Assembly: GCA_965237685.1 (NCBI GenBank)
Contig: CBDEGF010000002.1
Span: 487,043 to 551,042, forward strand
Direction: 5' to 3'
Source of the DNA: Candidatus Marinacidobacterales bacterium
GTDB taxonomy: Bacteria; Acidobacteriota; Vicinamibacteria; Marinacidobacterales; SMYC01
DNA: 64,000 nucleotides
Positions 1 to 8,663 of this stretch are shown in pieces. The translations under genes were made by a program, and so were the position numbers. The notes beneath the pieces are model-generated. The model was given only the letters and a program-made list of their open reading frames with translations, was not told where the DNA came from and ran no database searches. Numbering within the stretch: the stretch's first letter is position 1; every line of letters starts with the position of its first letter.

Positions 1-663
1 GATGACTTCGGGATCGAGGGCGACCACGGCCTCGACGTTGATCTGGACATATTGGTGAGCGGAGGGTGGCGCAATCGGCTCCCCGCCCGCGGTACGGACG
101 AGGTCGGTGAGAAAGCTCCCCTCGGTCGCGACGTACATGTCCCGCAGCGTTCCGGGAAGCCGGTCGACGACACACAGCACGCGCGGCCGGGGCGCTCCTT
201 CCACCGCCCGGGCCACACGATCTAGACGCTCACGCGTGTCGGAAATCAGATGAAGCGCACGCTCGTCGTTTCCCACGACGCTTCCGATAGCCCGAATCGC
301 CTCGTAGACGTCCTGAAGCGATTGCCCGCCCACCACCAGCGTCTCGATGCCCAGCGTCTCGAGCTGGTTCTTCACCAGAGGCGCCTGGTCGTCGATCATC
401 ATCACGATATCCGGTCGGAGCGCCACCACTTGCTCGAGATTGGTGTTCGTCCAGCCGCCGATCTTGGGTAGCGATTCGGCCTCGGGCGGATACTTGCAGT
501 AGCTCGAGACCGCCACCACGCGATCGAAAGCTCCAACTCCATAAAGGATCTCCGTCACGCTCGGGGAAAGAGAGATGATGCGCTGGGGCGGCTCGGCCAA
601 CGCGAACGCCGATACGAAGAGATGCCCCACCAGAAAGACGGATTGAATGGATACTTTCTCCAT
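1..663 (-). CDS. btuF: Cobalamin/metal ABC transporter substrate-binding protein (BtuF-like), runs off window edge
   Basis: Manual translation MEKVSIQ...PQRIISLSPSVTEILYGVGAFDRVVAVSSYCKYPPEA...; GAGGAG RBS; downstream of TonB receptor and B12 riboswitch. Confidence 0.8.
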   Translation of the reverse strand, partial: MEKVSIQSVFLVGHLFVSAFALAEPPQRIISLSPSVTEILYGVGAFDRVVAVSSYCKYPPEAESLPKIGGWTNTNLEQVVALRPDIVMMIDDQAPLVKNQLETLGIETLVVGGQSLQDVYEAIRAIGSVVGNDERALHLISDTRERLDRVARAVEGAPRPRVLCVVDRLPGTLRDMYVATEGSFLTDLVRTAGGEPIAPPSAHQYVQINVEAVVALDPEVI

Positions 664-692
664 TCCTGGACTCCTCGTTTCCTGGCTTCCCC

Positions 693-3107
693 TCAGAACT
701 CCACCGCGACACCGGCGATTCCGACACGGCCGGGAGTGCGAAAGCCACTCTCGAAGTACGTACTGTCGAAGAGATTCTCCATCTTTCCGAACAAACGAAG
801 GCGAGCTCCACTGAGCGCCAGGCGATAGCTGGCGACGAGGTCGGCTTTCACGAAGCTCTCGAACCGGTAGACGCGACTGGCAAAAGTGGACGGGTCGAAA
901 ACGGGCGCAAGGTAGCTGCTCGAGGCGTAGAGGTCGACGCTCAGGAGCACTCTTGGCCCCAGAGCTTGTGTCGCCACCAGTGAGACCTGGTGGCGGGGAA
1001 CGACGAACGCCTGAGTCTGCTCCGGAAGGCTTCCCGGCGGAGGCTCCGCGTCGGTGAACGTATACGACCCGCCGAGCCGAAGTCCAGCGGTCGGGAACGC
1101 CGCATCACCTGTGAGCTCGAGGCCACGGTTCGTGACGCCTTCCGCGGTTCGATAGCCGAAGAAACGCCCGAACGGATCCGTCCCGGGGTCGATACCACCG
1201 GTGGAGTCGAAGACGATGACGTCGGAGAGCCGCGTCCTGAACCACGTTGCCGTGGCGCGCAGCCGATCCTCCGCGAACGATTGCTCGATGCCCACGTCGA
1301 ACGTCAGCGACCGCTCGGGAGGAAGTCTCGGATCGCCGAACACCGAGTAGCCGAAAAAGCTCGAAAAAAACGTACCGTACCGCTCGAAGAGCGATGGCGC
1401 GCGATAGCCTGAGCCGAAATGGGTCCGTAGTTTGGTGCCGGTACCTTCGAAGCCGTAGGAGATCGCGCCATCGCCGGTCAACGCATCGTCGAGCGCCTGG
1501 AGCTCGAGCCCCTGGTAGGGAGCACCGTCCGCCGGAAGGAACGTCGGTCGGTCCAGCGAGAAGAACTGGGCACGAATCGCGCCCGCCAGCTGAAGAGCGC
1601 CGCCGGAAAGGGAGAGCTGATCCTGTGCAAACAGGGTATGACTCCGCTGGGAGACGTCGACGTCCGAGTCATCGGAGGTGACACCGGAACGGGAGCGAGT
1701 CTTGAGGCGCTCATCTTCGAGCTCGTAAGCCACGTCGAGCCGGTGCACGCCCCATGCGTAGTCGAGCCGGCCGTTCAGCGTGTGAATGCGCCCGTCGAAG
1801 TCCTGACGAGACTGGTCGACCGGCTCGAACGGCGTCACACCGGAGGGCCCGTCGAGAAACGTGCGATTGGTGAACAGCCCGTGATAGTTGATGCGATAAC
1901 CGAGCTCACGGCGAGGTTGTTGCTCGAAAGTGATCAGGGTCGAGACGAAGCTCGACTCTCGAAGGTTGTCCGGATCGTTGGCCGACGGAACGTAGTTGGC
2001 CGCGCCAAGGTCGAGCTCCGCGAGCGGCGTCCCCGATTCGTAGCGGGCGAGCTCCTCCGCTGCAAGCGGCACCGCATCGACCACACCCTTTGGCAAATCT
2101 CCAATCGCCCCCGGGCTCTCGTTCAATCCGAGTCGAGAGTCGGCAGCGTAGGTCCGCACGGACAGGCTCGCCGTCGGGCTCAATCGCACGAGGGCACGCC
2201 CCTGAACATTCGTGTTCCGCGCCGGATCGTCGCCGTCCACACCGTCGGAGACATTCAAGTGAGAGAGACCAGCGCTGTACAGGAACCGATCGTCACTCGC
2301 GCCGCCCGACGTGTAGGCGCGTGCGCGAACGAGCCCGAGTCCCCCCACTTCGAGGAGTGCACTTCCCTGCGGAGGTCCTCCCCCGCCCTGGGTCACGATA
2401 TTGATGACACCGCCACCGGCGTTGCTTCCATAGAGCGACGATCCTGTTCCTCGCAGAATCTCTACACGGTCGAGTGCCGTTGCGTGGAGCGATTCCATGA
2501 AGCCCGAAGCGTCTCCTTGTGGAGCAGCGGCATCACGAAAGCGAACGCCGTCGATGACTACCGCGGTATCCTCGTTTCGAAGGCCGCGTATCTTGATGGA
2601 AGTGAAACTCCCGGGCCCCCCGAGCCGCTGAACGCGAAGCCCCGGGACGGTCCTCAACGCCTCCGGAATCGAGTACTCGTTGCGCGCTTCGATCTCTTCG
2701 TTGCTGACAACGGAAAGAGACTTGGCCACCTCCGATGCGATTTGCGCGGTGGCGGAAGCGGTGACGACGACCGACTCCTGATAGGCCGCGAGAGCCAACG
2801 AGAGCGTCAGCTCTTCGACCGCCCCCTCGCCGAGGCGCACTTCGGTCGCTTCGGAGTCGGAGAAACCCCGCGAGCGGGCCGAAACGAGATAGGTGCCCGG
2901 GCCGACGTCGTCGAAACGACAGGTCCCGTCCGAACCGACGCGAGCCTCGAGGCGAAACTGGGCGTCCCTCCGCACGAGCTGCACGACCGCCTGAGGCAGC
3001 CCTGCCCCCTGCGGGTCGACGACGCGAACCCGGACCGAGGCGGGCTCGGCCGCGGCGAGCGTCAGAGAAATCGAGATGAACAGAAGAGTGGCAGCGAAAC
3101 GATGCAT
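693..3107 (-). CDS. btuB: TonB-dependent outer membrane receptor, probably BtuB-like, with N-terminal carboxypeptidase-regulatory-like domain
   Basis: Signal peptide, plug motifs (IRGL...VVIDG, RVEILRG..SSLYG), C-terminal Phe; under cobalamin riboswitch. Confidence 0.85.
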   Translation of the reverse strand: MHRFAATLLFISISLTLAAAEPASVRVRVVDPQGAGLPQAVVQLVRRDAQFRLEARVGSDGTCRFDDVGPGTYLVSARSRGFSDSEATEVRLGEGAVEELTLSLALAAYQESVVVTASATAQIASEVAKSLSVVSNEEIEARNEYSIPEALRTVPGLRVQRLGGPGSFTSIKIRGLRNEDTAVVIDGVRFRDAAAPQGDASGFMESLHATALDRVEILRGTGSSLYGSNAGGGVINIVTQGGGGPPQGSALLEVGGLGLVRARAYTSGGASDDRFLYSAGLSHLNVSDGVDGDDPARNTNVQGRALVRLSPTASLSVRTYAADSRLGLNESPGAIGDLPKGVVDAVPLAAEELARYESGTPLAELDLGAANYVPSANDPDNLRESSFVSTLITFEQQPRRELGYRINYHGLFTNRTFLDGPSGVTPFEPVDQSRQDFDGRIHTLNGRLDYAWGVHRLDVAYELEDERLKTRSRSGVTSDDSDVDVSQRSHTLFAQDQLSLSGGALQLAGAIRAQFFSLDRPTFLPADGAPYQGLELQALDDALTGDGAISYGFEGTGTKLRTHFGSGYRAPSLFERYGTFFSSFFGYSVFGDPRLPPERSLTFDVGIEQSFAEDRLRATATWFRTRLSDVIVFDSTGGIDPGTDPFGRFFGYRTAEGVTNRGLELTGDAAFPTAGLRLGGSYTFTDAEPPPGSLPEQTQAFVVPRHQVSLVATQALGPRVLLSVDLYASSSYLAPVFDPSTFASRVYRFESFVKADLVASYRLALSGARLRLFGKMENLFDSTYFESGFRTPGRVGIAGVAVEF

Positions 3108-3237
3108 GAACGAAACCTCCGAGCCATTTTTCTATGGACTCGCCGAAACGAAGGTCTCGGAGGCAGGTGAGTCAAAGACGGTAGCTGCCTTCGAAACCGG
3201 ACTCTTCCCATCGAAGAGTGCTCCGACTTCTTCGGCT

Positions 3238-3430
3238 CGGGCAGGTTTCCTGACTTACGGATGGAACGCCTGGGCCCGCCTTCCCTGCGCCTTTCGTTGC
3301 AAGTGGCTTGGCTGGCCGCGCCCGCGTGGACGCGACACCCTGGGCTTCGGCTCTCCGATCACAGTGGCGTGGGCCGTTGGGGATTCGAACCCCCATTCCC
3401 TTTTACCCCGTAAAGGGCACCCGAGCCTGT
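3238..3430 (-). ncRNA. Cobalamin (AdoCbl) riboswitch
   Basis: Minus strand reads GGTGC...AAAGGGAATGGGGGTTCGAATCCCC...GCCACTGTGA...GCCACT...GGGAAGGC...AAGTCAGGAAACCTGCC, the conserved B12-element motifs, upstream of btuB. Confidence 0.93.
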
Positions 3431-3487
3431 CCGTCAATCAACGGCAGTATAGAACGGATTGTCGGCCGGGTTCAATCGGAAAGAGAG

Positions 3488-3680
3488 TTATCCGCGCGAC
3501 CGGCGACGGGACGCGGCGAGACCGCCGAGTCCTATTGCCAGCAGAAGGATTCCACCGGGTGCGGGCACTTGAGAATCACGCAACCGAATGTTGTCGTACG
3601 CGCTCGAGCCGCCAACGATGATGCGCACCTCGTCGAACGGGTCGATTTCCAGGTCCTCCGCCGTGAAGTTCGCCACTCGT
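3488..3680 (-). pseudogene. Orphan C-terminal fragment with PEP-CTERM-type sorting signal
   Basis: ...VPAPGGILLLAIGLGGLAASRRRSRG: VPxP motif, TM helix, Arg cluster; no credible N-terminus. Confidence 0.6.
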
Positions 3681-3851
3681 AAAAACCGACGGTTGCCGCG
3701 GGCTCGATGGCGCCACAATACTAGAAACAAAGACGGTACCCGCAATCGAGCGGACTGAGAGCTTCTCCGACCCACAGAAGTCGGCAACTCCGCTTCTGGA
3801 GGGTCGCTGAGCTATAATGTTCGTTTTGTGTGCTCCGGCATACAGGCGACC

Positions 3852-5027
3852 ATGGACAAGCTTGGATTGAAATCCCTCGACCTCGAAGGCAAGCGCGTCT
3901 TCGTTCGGGTGGACTTCAACGTTCCGTTGTCGGACGGGCAGGTGAGCGACGACACGCGCGTTCGGGCAGCCCTCCCGACGATCGAATACATCGGCGAAGC
4001 GGGAGGCCGACTCGTCCTGGCGTCGCATCTGGGGAGACCGAAAGGCCAGCCCAGGCCCGAGATGAGCCTGAGGCCAGTGGCCCACCGACTCACCGAGCTT
4101 CTGGGCAAGACCGTCTTCTTTCCCGGCGAGACCGTGCGGGAGGAAATGGAGCAGGACGTGGAGTTGCTCGGCGGCGGCGATGTGCTTCTGCTCGAGAACC
4201 TGCGGTTCGACCCCGGAGAGACGGCCAACGATGCGGGCTTCTCGAAGTCGCTGGCCGATCTGGCCGATATCTATGTCAACGACGCCTTCGGAACCGCGCA
4301 TCGCGCCCATGCCTCGACCGTCGGTATGGTGAAGTATTTCGACCGGGCGGCGGCCGGGTTCCTGATGGAGCGGGAGCTCCACTACCTGGGGATGGCCTTG
4401 TCGTCACCCCCTCGTCCCTTTACGGCACTTCTCGGTGGGGCGAAAGTCTCGGACAAGATTCAGGTTGTGAATTCACTTCTGGAGAAGGTGGACCGGCTCC
4501 TGATCGGAGGCGGCATGGCCTATACCTTTCTGAGAGCAAAGGGAATTGCGACCGGGACCTCGCTCGTGGAGGAAGACAAAATCGGGCTCGCCGGCGAGGT
4601 GCTCGACAAGCACCGCGACAAGCTCGAGCTTCCGGTCGACCACGTCGCGGCAGCAGCTTTCGCCGCGGATGCCGAAACGCGTAACTTGCCCATCGATGAG
4701 ATCCCGGACAGCTGGATGGGACTGGACATCGGACCGGAGACCGTCGAAAGATACGTGGAGCACATCCGAGGCTCGAAAATGGTGCTCTGGAACGGGCCCA
4801 TGGGAGTTTTCGAGATGGAGCCCTTCGCACAGGGCACGGTTCGAGTGGCCGAGGCGCTCGCGGGCAGTGAGGCAACGAGTGTGGTGGGTGGCGGGGATTC
4901 CGTGGCTGCGGTCCGAAAGGCGGGAGTTTCCGATGCCATCACTCATATCTGTACCGGGGGAGGCGCGTCGCTCGAATTTCTCGCCGGTTCCAGACTTCCG
5001 GGAGTCGAGGTATTGACCGATGCGTAG
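3852..5027 (+). CDS. pgk: Phosphoglycerate kinase
   Basis: RVDFNVP, SHLGRP, LLENLRF, NDAFGTAHRAH, GGAKVSDKI, NGPMGVFE, TGGGASLEFL. Confidence 0.98.
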   Translation: MDKLGLKSLDLEGKRVFVRVDFNVPLSDGQVSDDTRVRAALPTIEYIGEAGGRLVLASHLGRPKGQPRPEMSLRPVAHRLTELLGKTVFFPGETVREEMEQDVELLGGGDVLLLENLRFDPGETANDAGFSKSLADLADIYVNDAFGTAHRAHASTVGMVKYFDRAAAGFLMERELHYLGMALSSPPRPFTALLGGAKVSDKIQVVNSLLEKVDRLLIGGGMAYTFLRAKGIATGTSLVEEDKIGLAGEVLDKHRDKLELPVDHVAAAAFAADAETRNLPIDEIPDSWMGLDIGPETVERYVEHIRGSKMVLWNGPMGVFEMEPFAQGTVRVAEALAGSEATSVVGGGDSVAAVRKAGVSDAITHICTGGGASLEFLAGSRLPGVEVLTDA

Positions 5028-5778
5028 AGCAGTGATCGCAGGCAACTGGAAGATGAATACGACGCTCCGCGAGGCGGAGAAGCTGGCTCGCGGCGTTGTG
5101 GAAGGCTGCCGGGACTTCGATGACATCGATATCGTGCTCGCTCCACCTTTCACCGGTCTCTCGGCGGTCGCGGAAGCCATTCGAGAAAGCGGGGTCGCGC
5201 TCGGTGCCCAGGACGTCTACTGGGAGGAGAAGGGTGCGTTCACCGGCGAGGTCTCCCCGGTGATGCTCAAAGACGTCGGTTGCCGCTACGTCATCGTGGG
5301 ACACTCGGAGAGACGGCAATTTTTCGGTGAGACCGACAAAACGGTGAACCAGAAGGTGCTCGCCGCACTCGCCCACGGACTCGTCCCGATTGTCTGCGTC
5401 GGCGAGTCGGACGCGGAGCGCGATCGGGGCGTCACTTTCGTGGTGGACCGCCAGATCAAGGGCGCCTTCAAGGACGTCGCGGCCGGACAGCTCGGCGCGG
5501 TCATCGTTGCCTACGAGCCCATCTGGGCCATCGGGACGGGGCGGACCGCCACGCCGGCGCAGGCCCAGGAGGTTCACCAGTCGATTCGAGGCCAGCTGGC
5601 CACCGTCTTCAACAAGGACGACGCGGCCAACTGCCGCGTTCTTTACGGCGGCAGTGTAAAGCCGGATAATGTAGACGACCTCATGGCAGAGGCCGATATC
5701 GACGGAGCCCTGGTCGGAGGAGCGAGCCTCAAGGCCGATTCCTTCACCCGCATCTGCGGCTTCGAACGGAGTAACTAG
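5020..5778 (+). CDS. tpiA: Triosephosphate isomerase
   Basis: AGNWKMN, GHSERR, AYEPIWAIGTG, LYGGSVK, LVGGASL. Confidence 0.98.
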   Translation: MRRAVIAGNWKMNTTLREAEKLARGVVEGCRDFDDIDIVLAPPFTGLSAVAEAIRESGVALGAQDVYWEEKGAFTGEVSPVMLKDVGCRYVIVGHSERRQFFGETDKTVNQKVLAALAHGLVPIVCVGESDAERDRGVTFVVDRQIKGAFKDVAAGQLGAVIVAYEPIWAIGTGRTATPAQAQEVHQSIRGQLATVFNKDDAANCRVLYGGSVKPDNVDDLMAEADIDGALVGGASLKADSFTRICGFERSN

Positions 5779-5784
5779 CAAACG

Positions 5785-6132
5785 ATGCTCACCATACTTA
5801 TCAAGATCGTTCACGTCATCGTGTCGCTCTTCCTCATCCTCGTGGTCATGGCCCAGCAAGGAAAAGGGCAGGACCTGGCGAGCGCTTTCGGTGGCGGGGG
5901 CTCCCAGACGGCCTTCGGAGCCCGGGGAACGGCGACCCTTCTCGCGAAAATCACGGCCGGCGCGGCCGTGCTGTTCATGCTCACCTCGCTCACGTTGGGC
6001 TATCTCCGGCCCTCGACCGGTCCGGGAACCGTCATCCCGGACTCGCCCGCGGCCAGCGCGCCGAGCGAGGCCCCCGGCGAGAGTGGTGAGGCCACGCCCC
6101 CTCCTAAGGGCAAGGACAACCGTCAGCAGTAG
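5785..6132 (+). CDS. secG: Preprotein translocase subunit SecG
   Basis: Two TM helices with [24 protein letters not shown] loop; canonical position after tpiA. Confidence 0.95.
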   Translation: MLTILIKIVHVIVSLFLILVVMAQQGKGQDLASAFGGGGSQTAFGARGTATLLAKITAGAAVLFMLTSLTLGYLRPSTGPGTVIPDSPAASAPSEAPGESGEATPPPKGKDNRQQ

Positions 6133-6147
6133 CGTCCGATTGGCGTG

Positions 6148-6180
6148 CCCTCTCCCGGTGGACGGCGGTTAGGGTGAGGG
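6148..6180. repeat. REP-like CCCTCTCCC...GGGTGAGGG element
   Basis: Same motif family recurs at 29464-29532. Confidence 0.5.
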
Positions 6181-6204
6181 CCGCGGTGCTTTGCGCGACG
6201 AACC

Positions 6205-6233
6205 TTGCGGCTGCGCAAGCGACTTCTTATAAT
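6205..6233 (+). promoter_or_regulatory. Sigma70-like promoter for tRNA-Leu
   Basis: TTGCGG-17 nt-TATAAT upstream of tRNA. Confidence 0.6.
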
Positions 6234-6279
6234 GACGGCCCGTCTGGCCGTTACCCGGTAGACCCGGGCTCACCCGAGT

Positions 6280-6364
6280 GCCGAAGTGGTGGAACTGGTA
6301 GACACGTGCGCTTGAGGGGCGTATGGGGCGACCCGTGGGGGTTCGAATCCCCCCTTCGGCACCA
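6280..6364 (+). tRNA. tRNA-Leu(GAG)
   Basis: Acceptor GCCGAAG/CTTCGGC, GGTAGAC D-loop, GAG anticodon, long variable arm, GTTCGAATC, encoded CCA; follows secG. Confidence 0.96.
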
Positions 6365-6519
6365 AACTATTGGTCGATCCAACAGAGTCAACGAGTTACA
6401 TCCCGCCCGAGGTGATTTTGCTAACGAATTGCTAACGGCGCGTTTTCGGGAGGCCCCGGATAGGTCTCCCCAATCGCTAGCGGCGTTGGCCTCGAGACCA
6501 ACGTACAGCCAACATTTTC

Positions 6520-6693
6520 TCAGTTGGCGGTGGGAACGAGTCGCTTCAACTCTTCGAACCAGTTCTGTACGAGGATGAACTCCGTCGAGGAGGCCTGGTC
6601 GCTCGCGCTTTCCTTGATCATCAGGAAGCGCTCGCCATCGGGGGAGATGTCGTAGGTGCGTGCCGGTGATCCCACGTAGTACCCCTCGAAGAG
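6520..6693 (-). pseudogene. C-terminal fragment of Ser/Thr kinase-TolB-like protein
   Basis: ...YDISPDGERFLMIK...[16 protein letters not shown], paralogous to the end of the ORF at 38479-39216. Confidence 0.75.
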
Positions 6694-6886
6694 CTAGGCC
6701 GACGGCCGAACTGCAATAATGCAGCAACGAAGCCAGCGCGCAAGGGGACCGAGACTTAGGAGACGAACTACTGAACACTGACGTCGGGCGACTACGCCCG
6801 GGCGATGGCTCGAGACGCAACATAGCACTGACTTGGTTTTAGTAGTCTAATAGGGCTGGGCCGCGTCTTCGAGAAAGGGGGCTTTC

Positions 6887-7315
6887 ATGAAGCGTGTACT
6901 CTCATTTCTAACCGTTCTTCTTTTTGCAGGACTATCCATCAAGTGTGGTTCATCGACAGAACTTGCGGGACTTGCTATCAACAAGATTCAACTCGAAGGT
7001 GAGCATGCTGAAGACCTGAATGCGGATCTGGAAAAGGCGCTTGGCGCAGCCGGAGCAACCCTGAACGAATCGGGCCAGCCAGACCTCACCGGCACCGTAA
7101 CTTGGGAGTGGGCTGGAGCGAAGGAAAACCCTTACCCCACGGCGGTCCGTGTTTTCATACAGTCAGAGCCCAAAGAAGACAGTCTCACCTTGACGGCAAG
7201 ATATGAAGTGGCGAGAGGCGCACAACCTCAGAACGAAGCTCACTACCGGAGAGCAGTCGTCGAGCGCATTGTGAGTAGACTTGCTGCTCAGACCGGTGGT
7301 ACAGGTCGACCTTGA
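6887..7315 (+). CDS. Hypothetical lipoprotein
   Basis: Signal peptide with Cys at position 20, GGGG RBS. Confidence 0.6.
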   Translation: MKRVLSFLTVLLFAGLSIKCGSSTELAGLAINKIQLEGEHAEDLNADLEKALGAAGATLNESGQPDLTGTVTWEWAGAKENPYPTAVRVFIQSEPKEDSLTLTARYEVARGAQPQNEAHYRRAVVERIVSRLAAQTGGTGRP

Positions 7316-7693
7316 ACTCCTATGCCGGCTAGCGGGCTGTGCCGCGTAGCGGCGGAGCCAGCTCGCGCAAGCGACGCCAATCCACATCGTGGAAGCGTTC
7401 CTGGGAGCGCAGCTGGGGGGACGCGTCGAGAACTTTGGCCGTGATCTGGAGGACGCCGGGCTTCGGATCAAAGTGGGCGCCGGGGAGGTTCCGGGGCTCG
7501 AGCGCTACTGGCAGGTGTCGCGCGGCAGTCGTTCGTTATCGGTCCAATAAGTTCCTATGGCGCAGGCAGTCTCACCTCGAAGCGATCCGACACCTTACGC
7601 AGGGCGTTTCGACGCTCGGTACACCGCGGTCGCGCGCTTCTGTTTCGCGGCTGTCTTGCTTGTCGCAGCCTTCTTTCTCGTTGTTGTAGCTTT

Positions 7694-8617
7694 CTATTTC
7701 TTCTTCTTCCGCGTGCTTCGTGTTGTGGTCCGCCTCTTTGCCTCAGCCGCCTTCTTCGTCAAAGGCTTCTTCTTGCTCGTCGGGGCGCGAGCCGCCGGCT
7801 TCCTGGTTGCGGTCGAGCGCCTACCCGGTTTCTTTCTGCTCTGCCCAGCGCGGCGACTCTTCTTGGCGGCCGGCGTGAGATCGTCATGAGAAACCCCACC
7901 CATATCGATGTCGACGCCGAAGACCGATGACAGTCCTTCGGATTCGAGCACCCTGCCACTCCTGGACTTGCCTCCGGTCCGTGGCCGGTCAAGAGCGGCC
8001 TCCACCATCTCGGCGGGGTCGACACCTCGCAAGGTGAACAGCAGCTCCGGCTCGCGGTCGAGGCGCGCGCCCACGCCGTAGAGCGACGCCGCCACGTGCT
8101 TGCACATGGTCGCCCAGTCGGGGCACGAGCAGCTCAGCGAGATCTCTCGAGGTGAAGGAAAGAGTCCCTCTCCCTTGCGGGTCACGATCTCCATCACGCC
8201 CTTGGAGATGGAGCCCTGCAGCAGCTCGACCAGCGAGTCGATCTGGCCCGCGCACTGGCCCTTGATGCCGGTCCATCGCTGCTTCGCGAGGGGCTTGATC
8301 TTGATGTCTACCTTGTAGATGTCCATGCCGCTGACGAGAGAGCGCACACGTCCCGCCTCGATATGCAGATCGATCACCGAGCCGTTGCGCACGTAGGTCC
8401 GGCCGCGAGGCAGGCGGTTCGAGTAGTCACTGTACGACTCGAGGTTCTTGCACCAAGCATCGCCCCAGAAGGTGACTGCGATCTTGCGGCCCGCTATCTC
8501 GACCGGCGAGACCTGCCGACCGGCCTTCTTCATCCTGGCGACCTTCTTCGCGGCCTTACGGCGGCGCTCGGCCACTGAAACATAGGGCCGCCAGTTGTGG
8601 TACGAATACCAGCCCAT
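7694..8617 (-). CDS. SWIM zinc-finger protein with Lys/Arg-rich tail
   Basis: NRLPRGRTY, CSCPDWATMCKH (CxC...CKH). Confidence 0.9.
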   Translation of the reverse strand: MGWYSYHNWRPYVSVAERRRKAAKKVARMKKAGRQVSPVEIAGRKIAVTFWGDAWCKNLESYSDYSNRLPRGRTYVRNGSVIDLHIEAGRVRSLVSGMDIYKVDIKIKPLAKQRWTGIKGQCAGQIDSLVELLQGSISKGVMEIVTRKGEGLFPSPREISLSCSCPDWATMCKHVAASLYGVGARLDREPELLFTLRGVDPAEMVEAALDRPRTGGKSRSGRVLESEGLSSVFGVDIDMGGVSHDDLTPAAKKSRRAGQSRKKPGRRSTATRKPAARAPTSKKKPLTKKAAEAKRRTTTRSTRKKKK

Positions 8618-8663
8618 GGGCTCACCTCACGCTGTTCTTGCGACAAGCACGTTAGGCCATCTT

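Noticed and set aside
1638-3170. Long antisense ORFs (also 23619-25487, 54013-55365, 57035-59398)
   Set aside because: Shadow frames of well-supported genes in GC-rich DNA
3375-3400. GGGTTCGAATCCC T-loop-like sequence suggesting a tRNA
   Set aside because: Part of the cobalamin riboswitch; no cloverleaf
6365-6450. Prophage or intact integrative element at tRNA-Leu
   Set aside because: No integrase, phage genes or second att copy found in the window
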